Source of the DNA: Proteromonas lacertae
Taxonomy: Eukaryota
Direction of reading: 5' to 3'
Length of the DNA stretch: 64,000 bases
NCBI GenBank assembly: GCA_002245135.1
Contig: NGBS01000583.1
Span: 186,001-250,000, forward strand
Below the pieces are notes generated by a model. That model was given only the letters and a program-made list of their open reading frames with translations. It was not told where the DNA came from and did not search any database. Positions 39,502-51,930 of this stretch are shown here, one piece after another (position 1 is the stretch's first letter; every line of letters begins with the position of its first letter). The position numbers and the translations under genes are program-made.

Positions 39502-39755
39502 TTTTAGAAAAATTATAAAAGAGATATAACTAAATTACAGCTATAAAGAAGAAAAACTGTTTTTATTTGAAGAAGAAAACGAATATATTTTTGAAACTAT
39601 TTTTATAAATTCAAAATATCTCATGAACTAATGATAAAAATTATGATTAAATATCATAAAATATATTATTATTAGAAAATTCAATTGTGGGTAATATCAA
39701 ATCATTACAAAAAACCATATATCATAAATTATTATTATTTATTTGACTAATTTCT

Positions 39756-40491
39756 TTAAACAGTACGTTTTAGTCCCCTTCCTATCATTCTTCGGCATTG
39801 AGCACATCTATGAACTCTACAAGACAAATATAATTAATAGTAAATATACGGTGTTGAATATTTCTCAAAACAACAACACCATAAAATAGGAATAAACCAT
39901 CCAAATACCAAGTACCAAAAATTCACACCACTAGATTCTTCAAAATCTACAACTGTTAAACCATTATAATTACACGTTGTACATGTTGCTATTACTGGAA
40001 AAAATGGAAGTGATTGAAACTCTTCTATACGATGATAAGCAGGTTGAACTGCTGGAAGTGCTGGAATTTTTGGAACTTTTAATCCAACTTGTTTGAGAGT
40101 TTCAAGTGGTTGTTTCACACTATTCACATCATATTTCTTCTTCTGTACTACTTTTTTAATTACTTTTACTTTCTTTTGAATTTTTGGTTTAATTATTACT
40201 GTTTCTTCCACCTCTTTCTCTTCTTCTTCCTCATCTTCAGGTTGTTCTACGTTATCATCTTCTATAGAAGTTATAGAATTAAAATTAGCTTACCGTTTCC
40301 TATATACTGTTTATCTTCATTATCTACACAATCTAAATCATCATCACCAACTATGTAAATCAATGATACTAATTAATACATGTATGAATAGTTTCATCAT
40401 CTTCTTCCACTTCATCATCTCTAGTTGAAGCAATTGATTGTTCTCTGCTTTTGATTATTTTTGATTTTATGCTATTTCTTCTTCTTCTCAT
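39756..40491 (-). CDS. LITAF-like zinc ribbon domain protein
   Basis: PVIATCTTC, a hydrophobic segment with WCCC, then VHRCAQCRRMIG after splicing. Confidence 0.8.
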
Positions 40492-40584
40492 TATGTGTAT
40501 CAATTTCTAATCTCAAAGCTGTAATTCTTGTTTTTTAAAAAATTGATAAAAACAATCCGTTTCATTCATTTCTATTTTGAAAGA

Positions 40585-41717
40585 ATGCTTATAACAACCG
40601 CAAACAAGCGAATTAGAGATTGAAAATGCGTATTCGAGCTTTACCAATTCCTCGTTTATTAACATTATATTTACAAAATCATGAGAATGAATTAAGTAAT
40701 CTATTATTGAATGTAGATAAATTGATAGATATAAAAGAAAATGCCTATTATTTAGAATTGAAGAAAGAATTTGAAAAGAATAATTATTTAGACGAATTTA
40801 ATTCAATTTTATCATTTGGTCCAAAACGAATAGGTCCAAATATCTTAATAAATAAGACTGATGAAAGAAATATAAATATTTGGAATAATAATCTAATGAA
40901 AACAGAGAAAGTCGAATTAAATGATTTAAATAACAATTTATTAGAAAAATACATAAGTTCAATAATTGATGGATTTCAGATAGCTTGTTTGAATGGTCCA
41001 TTATGTGAAGAGCCAATGTGGGGAGTATGTTTTGTGTTAGAAGAGTTGATTGATCCTTCTTCTACTTATATAAAAGAAAATAATAAAGAAGATGATGAAA
41101 TTGGTTTATTATCATCAAATGATAATAATGTAAATACAAATACAAATCCATTATCTCCTTGTGTTTCAGTTTGTTCAAGTGAAATGAGTAATAATAATAA
41201 TATTGATAGTTATGGAAGTTTATCTGGTCAAATAATCAGTCGAAGTAAAGAATGTTGTCGAAATGCCTTTCTAAATTGTTCAAATCGATTAGTAGAAAGA
41301 TATTTAAAATGTGAATTACAATGTAATGCTGATGAATTGGGTAAATTATATGGAGTGATAAATAAGAAGCGAGGTAAAGTGATTAGTGAAGATATTTGGG
41401 AAGGAACAAATATCTTTAATATAAGTGCATTAATTCCAATGAATGAATCATTTGGCTTAGCAACTGCATTGATAGATGCTACAAGTGGAGGTGCAAGTCA
41501 TCCTCAACTATTATTTTCTCATTGGGAAATATTAGATATAGATCCTTATTTTAAACCAACCTCTGAAGAAGATATAGAAGAATATGGATGTGAATATGGA
41601 GAAAAGAATTTAGCTAAAATATTGGTAGATGAAGTGAAGATTCGAAAAGGATTATTAAGTGATAGAAAAATAATCCAAGATGCTGAGAAACAAAGAACAT
41701 TATCCAAAAAGAAATAA
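40585..41717 (+). CDS. EFL1: C-terminal half (domains IV-V) of ribosome assembly GTPase EFL1/Ria1; no GTPase domain
   Basis: SFGPKRIGPNIL, GFQIACLNGPLCEEPMWGV, ESFG, TSGGASHPQLLFSHWEILDIDP, AEKQRTLSKKK. Confidence 0.85.
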
Positions 41718-43539
41718 TTTATTATTTTTATTTTTATGATTATTTGTGAATTGAAAAACAAAACAAACACAATATATTAGTGATAGAAATTCACTATTTA
41801 TGGAATATTAATGTTGTTTATAACATTGATGCTTGTTCTGTACAAGCTATTCCATAATATCCTTCGAAACAAGTGCATGTTCCTGTTGTTCTATCACATA
41901 AGCCATTTCTACTACATTCTAATGGAGGAATTCCATCAACTGTAGCTTCAACTGGGCCATTAACATCTGGTACTAATGGTTTGTAATCTGGATTTGAACT
42001 ACCTGGCTCTACTTTAGCTGGACTAGGATTAGCACCTGTTACAGCTGCTATAGTTTTTAAATTCAATTGATCAATTGTCATTCCATGATATCCACTTCCA
42101 CAATTACCACACCATTCTTCATTTGGAGTTTTTCCATCTAATTCTTTGGATGTGATAATTCTGATTGGATTTTGTTTTCCTGTTTGTTGATTTCCAAAAT
42201 TAATAGTGGCTGTTATTTTATGATCTGCATTTTCATATTTAACATCAACTGAAGCAACATCAATAACACCAACTGGTAAACTATAAATTGCATCTTCCCA
42301 ACCTAAGATTAAACCTTGGCCATCAGCAGCAGCAGCAGTAGAACCACATTTGCCTCCATTTGTTACACCCACTGATGCTGTATCTCCTTTACTTTGACAT
42401 GTTACACAAAAAGCATCACTATACCAAATTCGATTGAATTGATCTGTATATTCTAAATAAGCCATACAGTCTTTTGGTGTTGGTGCTGGTACAGCTGTTG
42501 CATCTTGTGTTATTGTAATAGTTTGTGTTGATTTGGATGGACTATCACAATCACTATTCTCTACATAACCACTTGGACATTTCTTTTCACTACAGTCAAA
42601 TCCACGATATTCTCCATCACAAACACAAACATAACTATTATCAGCATCCCAACCATTATAATTACTCTTTTGAGGTTTATCTTTATTAATTTGACTTAAA
42701 TCATTCTCATAGAAACTTCCACTGTGACTGTCTTCATTCAATCCTAACATCTTTACAGATGTACAAACTCCATGACCATTACAGTTGTTTGGACAACTTA
42801 ATCTGTCACAACTTACTCCTTCAAAACCACCAAAACATTTACAAACACCACTTGTTCTATCACAACTACCTTGTCCACTACATTCTAAACTTGCTCTGTT
42901 TGGTAATGAAGCATAGTTATCTGGAGCTTGAGTTGGATCAACATAACTATGACCATAAGGACAGCTTCCTATTCAAATATTATCATTTTTATTAATATAC
43001 TGCTACTGCAATCACCTTCTAACCACCCTGGGAAGCAACTACAAACTCCTCCTTTACCACAACTTCCATGACCACTACACATGTTTGGACATGAGGCAGC
43101 CATCAAATAATTCACCAATAATAAGCAAATTACTGATTTCTTTATCTCAAATCGCATTTTTATGAAAATTACTTAATTCAAAGAAGATCTTTCAAACTAT
43201 TTTGAAAATATCCAATTAAACTATTCTTTATACTCTAATTGTTATTCTTATTGGTTATCTGAGTTATTTTTGATTAGTATCCAATCAAAAAATGATTTTA
43301 AATATTTTGAAGTTTCAAAATATTAATCCGTTTCAATTGAATATTTTGATTGTCAATATCTCATCAAATACTCATTATTTTGTTATTTTATAACTCAACA
43401 TAAACAATTACAACACAAAAAAACAAAATTTATTTATATTTACACTGGACCATTAACTATATTCTTGAATTCGATCCATTTACCATCAAATGTCTGTTTA
43501 TATATCCTTATATGATTGTCATCAAAAGAAGCATATATT
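41655..43539. repeat. Segmental duplication copy B (probable donor locus)
   Basis: Direct repeat of 33596-35450; here both flanking reading frames continue beyond the repeat. Confidence 0.95.
41818..43157 (-). CDS. Secreted EGF-repeat protein, mastigoneme-like, copy B; 1 intron
   Basis: Same scaffold as copy A, with diverged internal blocks. Confidence 0.8.
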
Positions 43540-44393
43540 ATATTTCCTAATACATTCCATTGCAATTTTCTAGCTTTACTCTTACAATCCAAAGTTTCTA
43601 ATACATCTAATTTCTCATCTTTATATTTATAAATCACAATTTTATCATCATAACTAGCTGCAATTCTATGATATAATCTACCAATAGTAGGTGCCCAAGC
43701 AATATCAATAACAGGCGGTGTAATAATTGTTGTAGCTATTTTGTTTTTATATTCAAAAATCTATTTGATAAGAATTATTATTTCTTATACTGATATTTCT
43801 GTTTCACTTCCTATTGCAATTACTTTTTTAGCTCCTCGCTGTTTACACCATGAGATACAAGTCAATGGACTTTTAGATATAATCTGTTCACTGTCATGAT
43901 CCCAATTTCGAGATACACTATTCTCTGATTTATAAAATCGAATTGAACCATCTTGAGAAGCAGTAGCCTATTTGAAACAATAAAATATTTATTGATATAC
44001 TAATATAGCACAATCTCCAGTAGGACAAAACTCTAAATCATTCACTATACTCTTTGAATCAGCTGTGACATATTTCTTATTCCATTTTTGTTCTGCTAAA
44101 GACTGTTCCCATATTATAGCTACTTTGTCCAAACCACATGAAGCTAGAATCAAGCCTTGTTGTACTGGGCACCAAGAGATTTTTAACACTGCTGCACTAT
44201 GAGCATCCCATTTACTATCAAAAGCCCATGTATTATCATCATTTTTGTGGTAAATAGATATTTTATGATCAGAAGAGCATATTGCCATTCTATCTCCATT
44301 TGAATTGATTTCAATATCATGAATGAAATCTTCATGAGTTGTTGGGATAGTCTAAATAGTTATATTACAAAATAATACAGAAGCTGCTGACAT
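43440..44393 (-). CDS. Seh1-like WD40 nucleoporin (Sec13/Seh1 family)
   Basis: HEDFIHDI...RMAICSSDHKISIY, WDAHSAAVLKISW, LASCGLD...IWEQ, DIAWAPTIGRLYHRIA, WNVLGNII. Confidence 0.8.
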
Positions 44394-44465
44394 TTTGAAA
44401 ATTTAATTTTTCAAAGAATCAAGCCTTGTCAAGTTTTTCAGTTTCACTTTTTTTTAAAGTTTATA

Positions 44466-45461
44466 ATGAAACGTATAATGTTTGTGAATTATATTTCATT
44501 AGCAAGTAGAAATTCATCTAATAGAAAAAGAGTGAATGATTCAGAAGTATAACTCCAATACATAAAAATTTATAGAATACAAGATTGGTTCATAGTCCTA
44601 TACAAAACACATCAAAACCTATAACTGCTTTTGAAGAATTTTCTCCTAGTCAGCCTATACCTCAGAGATATGAAGTATTTTGTGTTTTTTATAACATTTA
44701 GACTGTATTAGACAAACGAAGACATTCTAAAAGACAAGTTGATAAAAGTCCAGTTAGATCACGTATTTTATTTATTGTTTTTATTATAAATAGCTGAACA
44801 ATTAAAGAAAGACTATCCATTTTTACAAGAAGAAAGTGAAAGAGAAGTAGAACCACAACCACAATCTTCAAAGAAGGTAATAAAGAAAGGATCAATAGAA
44901 GCATTACAAAATGAACATCAAGAAGCTTTAGATCTATTAAAGGAATTAGAAATGGATATAGAATCAAGAAAAGAGCATTTTCAAGAATTAGGATTAGAGA
45001 AACAATTGCCGTTTAGAAATATACCAAAAACAACAAATAATAGAACTTCAGTTTCATCATCAACATCATCATCTTTTTCTAATTTATCAAAAAAAACTAA
45101 AGCAAGATCACAATCAACACAACCAGCAGTAAAACCAACTAGAAGTGTTAATCCTAGTAAATATGGTAATAAGAAAGATATGATGATGATGGATGATATG
45201 AATGAACAACAACAACAACAACAACAACAAAGACAAACAAAACCACCAATTCAAGTTGAAAGAAGACCAAATAAAGCTGAACTAATGGCTGCAATGTTAC
45301 TACCAACTGTACCTAGAGGAAATGACAGAATGAAACAGACCAGTTCATTGCCTACATTGGTGAAACCTGAAACAAGAAAAAATGCAACTTTAATCTCTGG
45401 AGGACCTGGCGGTTGGAGTTCTGATGAAGAAGAGGAAGATGGAAGTGGTCCAGAAGCTTAA
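44466..45461 (+). CDS. Hypothetical low-complexity protein (Ser-rich, poly-Q), multi-intron
   Basis: Exons joined by about 30-nt GT-AG introns; CAA repeat near 45205-45230. Confidence 0.5.
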
Positions 45462-45570
45462 TTAGAATGTTTTTATATTTAATCTATATGTTTATATTCC
45501 TTTTTTTATTTTTTTGGTTATTGAAAATTTAATCGAAAATTTCCCCTTTTTATTTTCGTTTTTGATTTTT

Positions 45571-48549
45571 ATGGAGAACAAAGAAATAAAGCCAGATAAA
45601 GAAAATGCCAAACAATTGGCTAAGAAGGGATATCTTGCTTTAAGTAAAGAAAAGAAAGAATTTATTGATTTTGAAGGTATTTTTATGTTAATCATTATTA
45701 TAGAATTTCAGACTATGCTTAAAAAGTTGGATATACATTTATCAGTTCCAATAGCAAAGAAACTATTTGAAGTAGGAGATGTAACACAATGTGGTAAAAT
45801 CACTTACAAAGAATTAAAATTAGTGTTTAGAGTGCATTGTAGAATGGTTTATAAGAATTATTTTACTCCCTATGAAGCTTTTATGAGTTTCAATGAAGAT
45901 GGAGGAGATAAGTTAGATATATATGAATTTTTTGAAACTATTAAACTGGTAGGCATTAAAAGTATATCAGAACGTCAAGCTCATGATGAATTCAAGAAAC
46001 TTGATTCAACAAATGAAAATATAATAGATTATTCACAATTTATAGATTTTTTAATTGATCATTTAGACATACCAGCTGAATTGAAAAAAAGAAAAAAGGA
46101 TGAAGGTGGAGATGCAGAAACATTAAGAGCCTGTTTTATGAAAGAAAAAGACGATTTTAATGAATTTGAAAATTTGAGATTGTTGATAGAGAAAGAAGAT
46201 GTTGAAAAGAAGAAAGTAGAACAACATGGTTCTTATAAATCACCTGATTTAGTATAGAATATGTTATATTATATATATATTTATTAAAATAGAAGAAATT
46301 ATTAACTCGTACAGAGCAAGAAACATCAAGAGCATTGTTTTCAAGATTAAAAGAACAGCAAGATGATAAATTATATCAAAATGGAAAAACAACTCAATAT
46401 TTTCAACAAACTATACATGCTGTATATATATATATATATTATTTATTAGAAAGATGTATATAGAGATAGACAAGAAAAAGGCGAAGAAGAAGTGAAAGAA
46501 TATGAAGCAAATGAAGAGATTCTCTTTAAATCATTATTCAATAATTCATCGATTGATTTAGCCAATAGAAATTTGACATATTTACCAGAAGAATATTATA
46601 TGAATAATACACCACAGAAGTTTCTCAATAATTTACCATTAATCAATTTATCCAATAACAAAATTACTCAATTACCAGATAATGGATTTTTCAATAATCT
46701 AACAGAATTACTGTCATTAGATATATCTCATAATTGTATAACACATATACAACCAAGTATATGTGAAATGAAGAATTTGATATATTGTGATATTTCTAAT
46801 AATCAATTAAGATCTATTCCAAAGGAAATAGGTGAATGTTGTGTATTAGAATACTTAGATTTATCATGTAATAAACTAACAACTATTTCACCTGTTATTG
46901 CATCTTTATTGAATTTGAAGTATTTAAATTTAAGTAATAATTACATTGTATTATTACCTCCTATTTTTAATTGTTTAAATAAACTGAGTTACTTCAATGT
47001 CTCTGGTAATAAACTTGCTAAATTCCCAGAAATTAATCAAGAATTTGATAAATTGGAGATATTGGATATTTCATGGAATGCTATTACAGAATTACCTACA
47101 ACATTTGCAACCTTAAAGTCAATTCAACAATTGAATTTATCAAATAATTATATACATATATTACCTGAAGATTTTGGTAAATTATCAAAGTTAATCACTT
47201 TAAATTTATCACATAATGGAATATCAACTTTAGATGATGAATTAGATATTAATTTCAAAGAATGTTTATCTTTAGATTTAAGCCATAATAATATTAGAAT
47301 ATTACCAAGTAATATTTCTTTTTTTGAAAAGCTACAGTTGTTAGATTTATCAAATAATTCATTATCATTAATTCCTGATTCAATCAATGAATGTAAAATG
47401 TTACAAGTGTTGAATTTAAGGAATAATAAAATCAGTTCTTTACCTGCAAAAATGAACAATCTTAGATATCTTACAAATTTGGATTTATCATTCAACAAAT
47501 TAATAGAATTATCTGAATCTCTATCTTCTCTAATTAATTTAAAATATTTATCATTATCAAACAATAAAATTGATAAAATTCCTCCTCATTATTCCACATT
47601 GACATTCTTAAATATGTTTGATATATCATTCAATAATATAACATCTATTCCAAATGAATATTCAAATATGATATCATTAAAGGAATTGATATGTAAAAGA
47701 AATTTAATCAAAACTATACCAATAGAATTGTGTAATTTAGATCAATTAAAAGTGTTAGATTTATCAGCCAATCTATTGGAAGGATTGCCAAAAGAAATAA
47801 GTAAAATGACACAATTAGAAGTTCTTGATTTATATCATAATAAACTACAATCATTACCAGTAGAATTAACTCAATTATTATCAACACTGAAAGTATTATG
47901 TATAGGATATAATCCATTAACTGTATTTCCTGTTAGTTGGGCTAATAAATGGCATTTACAAGATCAAACTAACTTATGTAGTGATGAATCTTATTTAGAA
48001 TCATTAAATAATCAATTATCGAATATATCTGATATTTATAATATCTGTGTGAAGGTGTGGAATGAAGAAAGTGAGAATTATATAAATGGTAAGACATCTT
48101 TTCAACATTTTATAGAAAGAATTAAAGCTGAAAGAAATAATAGTGATTTAATATACAGAAATATAATTGAAATATTTTATTCATTGTCTAAAGCTAATGG
48201 TAATCCAATTACCTATGAGCAACTGTCAGATCAAGAGAAGAGAGATATTGTGGAAGAAGAAATGAAGAGAGTAAAAGATGAAAGAGTGAAAATGGTTAAA
48301 AATGAGTTTGAAAAATATGAAGATAAGTTGAATAAAAACTATTCATATAATATAGAAGAGATTAAACAAAAGGTGGAAGAAAGTAAAAAGAAGGACACAC
48401 CTCCCAGATATAAAACTCAGGAATTAATTGAAAAGATGAATGAGACTGAGAGAAAACTTCAAGAAAAGGAAGAAGAAAAACAAAGAAAGAGAGATGAATT
48501 AATGAAGAAAGAAGTTGAGAGATTTCAACAGCTAATGAATAATGATTAA
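45571..48549 (+). CDS. EF-hand plus LRR protein with coiled-coil tail
   Basis: DVTQCGKITYKE, NEDGGDKLDIYEF and DSTNENIIDYSQF EF-hand-like loops; introns near 46252 and 46422 link them to many LxxLxLSxNxL repeats. Confidence 0.8.
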
Positions 48550-48667
48550 TAATTTAACATATTTTAGAGAATATATTTATAAATATGTTTTTATTTCATG
48601 TATTAAAGAATAACACTTACTACTTCTGTTGATAAGGAAGTATATTTTTTGAACTGTCTCTTCTTCT

Positions 48668-49730
48668 ATGGACAAACTAACACTTCCAGGTATTATTTAT
48701 TGACTTTTTTTATTAAATTCTATAGATAATATTACATGCAAAGATTGCCCTAAATTTTTTCATGTGAAGGAGTTAGAAAATATGATATGTAAGACAAACG
48801 ATCTATTTACTTATCATGAAGTAATGAATTGTAGCTATATCGCGATGTCTACAATTAGTGGAAATATATCCTTTTGAATATAAGTAAATGTTAATCTTCT
48901 TAATTATGAAACCTAAACAATATTTAGAAGAGAATTGTGAATTAACTTCCAGAGAAGTAATAAAAGATGGGAGAATTGTTACAGCTGAAGATGCTACAAC
49001 AATGTATTTATGTTATAGAGGAACACAGATGGAAGCTGAGGACTTTTTAAGAGATATAGACATTAGAAAAACTGAAATTTATGGTGGTTATGTTCATAAG
49101 GGATTTTTAGATAGATCAAACGAATATGATTATGAATCTTTCTATCAAGAGGCAGTAAAGAAATGTAAATCAGTAATTGTGTGTGGTCATTCATTGGGTG
49201 GAGCTGCAGCTATATTAGCAACATTAGCTCTTCTTGATAAACATTATGATCAATCTACCAAAATCAAGTGTTTAACCTATGGTGCTCCATTTTGTTTATC
49301 AAGAGATGTGATTAATTACTTTATTAACAGAGATATAGATAGATACTTCCTCTGTTTTGTTCATAATTTTGATATGATTCCTCAATCAGTTAATTTTGTT
49401 AAGAAAGGTGCTACAAATGTGCTACAGGCAATAACATCCATATTTTCACCACAAACTAACACAGATTTCACTAATGATATATTGAAACTAACAGTTCAAA
49501 AAATATTACCCAATTTCTATCCATTTGGTAGTTATTTGTTTGTAGACTCGATAGAGTGTAATTCTATTGAAGATATCAAATATAAATTGTCAAAGTATCA
49601 CACCGTAGATGATATTATGAAATGTTATATGTTGACTGAGGATACAATCAAAACTGGTACTTTAAAAGATCATTATTTCGTGTGTTATTTCTTAGCAGTT
49701 ATGTTAAATACGTTAATACAAGTTCTATAA
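48668..49730 (+). CDS. Class 3 lipase
   Basis: YRGT, VHKGF, GHSLGGAAA nucleophile elbow, TYGAP, DMIP. Confidence 0.9.
48866..48917 (+). other. U12-type AT-initiated intron; in-frame 3' end at AA 48911 or AA 48917
   Basis: Consensus ATATCCTTT donor and TTCTTAAT branch-like site; needed to bypass an in-frame TGA. Confidence 0.75.
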
Positions 49731-49762
49731 CAAAATAAGAATAAATATTAATTATAATTTAG

Positions 49763-50297
49763 CTATTTTCTGGGATATGTATTTCTGTTGTATTTCTTGG
49801 ATCTATGCAATTATATATAGACAAATATAATCATACTTTCGACATAGAATTTGAAGATTGTTTCCTTATAGTTTTCTTTAGTTTCTATTTATTGGAAACA
49901 ATTATAAAGCAATTATACTTCTATCTCAAATTCTTTGTCTTCTAGTAGTTTGTTTAGTTTTTGATTTGTCAATTGTAATTCACTATTTTCTTGTGTTAGA
50001 TTTTCAATTCTAGTTTATTATGCTTTATCGATGCTATATATACTGTTTTAGATATTTAGATTTGTTGTTTTTTATTTCAGTTTTCATCTTCTTTATTTCT
50101 TCTAATGCTTGATTCAAATTATCCATATTTTTGTCTCTTTGTTGCTCTTCTTTCTGAAAAAATATAATAAAGAATACCAACTTCATTTCTAGTTGTTTTG
50201 CCAAGAATTGGATGTGTTTCTGTAGTTCAATGATTTTATTGTTCTGATCTGTTATTATTTGTTGGTATTGTGCTGTTATTAAATGATCAACATCCAT
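49763..50297 (-). CDS. Small coiled-coil hypothetical protein, multi-intron
   Basis: Heptad-rich exons joined by short introns; start uncertain. Confidence 0.5.
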
Positions 50298-50370
50298 ATT
50301 CAATGAGACATTTTAAATTTATACTATTCCAAAAATTATATTCGTTTTATTCAAGTTTCAAAATAGAAAT

Positions 50371-51734
50371 ATGAAGAAAGGAGTAGTTAAAAAACCTGTT
50401 TATGATGCTGATGAGTATTATTTATATTAATTAAATATATAGATATAATAAAATGAGACAGAAGATAAGGCAAATGTCTTTAAATCCTCCAACAGAATAT
50501 CTAGAAGAAGAAAAAGAGGAACACAAATCTCCATTAGATAAAAATAGAAAAAGAACACAATTGGATCAATTTTTTTATGAAGTATTTATTTATTTATCTT
50601 TTTTTAATGTTAGATGTCAGAAACAGAAGCAGATTTCAAAGAAATGATACAAACAGCTGGTATAAAAGCAAAAATTGAAACAGATATTTTGGATCTAGTA
50701 TATCAAATGTTATAATTATCATATTCAGTATAAAAACTTGAGTACAAAATATCACAGAGTTATCAATCAACAAAATATATCTATAGAAAGTCTATCAAAA
50801 CAAATAGAAAACCTTCGAGAAGCAAATAGAGAATTAAAAGAAGAGATGAAATCTGAAATTGATGATAAAACTAAAGATTATAAAAACAAATATGAAAACA
50901 TGTGTGAAATGATCAAAATAGAAAAAAGGCAAGAAATAGATAGATTAGAAGAAGATTATAAAATGAAATTATCATCAATGACAAGTAAATATAAAGAATC
51001 TTTAGAACAACAGACTCAAAGATTTAATTCGTATTATATTAATAAATTACTTAATATTTATAATTATTTAGGAAATTGGCAGAACAGAATGAGAAGAATA
51101 GATTAGAATATATGAAGATATTGGAGAAAACAACTCGTGAAAAACAAGAATTGATGGATAAATCATTGAATAGAATAAAGAATGAATATCAAGAACAGTT
51201 TGATTTATATCTACAGAAAGAGAAAGATGCAAAGAAAAGAATAGCTCAGTTGGAATTAGTTATACAGAATAATAGATCAAATCAACAGAATATAATGGAA
51301 GATAGTATAAAAATGAAGTTATTCATATTTATAATAATAGAACAATCAGTAGAATCAAAGTTACAAAAAGTTGTGGATGAAAATATGCAGTTAAAGAATA
51401 TAATCAGATCTAGAGAGAATGATATTCAAGAAGTACAAATGAATTCACAAAATCTACAGTATTTTCTTTCTAATCACTTTCTTTTAATAGGAATAATATT
51501 CAGTATTTAAAAGCCAATATTGACCAAATACACAGAGACTATGATAATCAGTTGGATCAGTTACAAGCCAAATCAAAAGACACAATTATAACTTTAAGAA
51601 ATCAAATCCGTATATATTCATGATATAAATACAAAATAGAAACACTTCAAAATGCCCTACTACAGGAGCAACAAAGAAGTAGGACAGTAGAAGAAATGTT
51701 GCGAAATCTGGATCAAAATTTGAGACCACGATAG
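50371..51734 (+). CDS. Coiled-coil hypothetical protein, multi-intron
   Basis: E/K/Q-rich heptad exons joined by about 30-nt introns. Confidence 0.6.
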
Positions 51735-51930
51735 TAAATATCATATTAGTATATTTATCTATTTATTCAATGTTTTAATTTTTATTTTAAACCGAAAAAC
51801 ACAAAATGATTTTTAATAAAAAGCTTGATTAGAGTGTTTGATTGGATCTGTATCTTTATTTTTTGTTGTTGTATTCTTGTGAATATTTATTATTCTTAGT
51901 GATTTCAACCTTTATTCAACAAAAGTAAAA

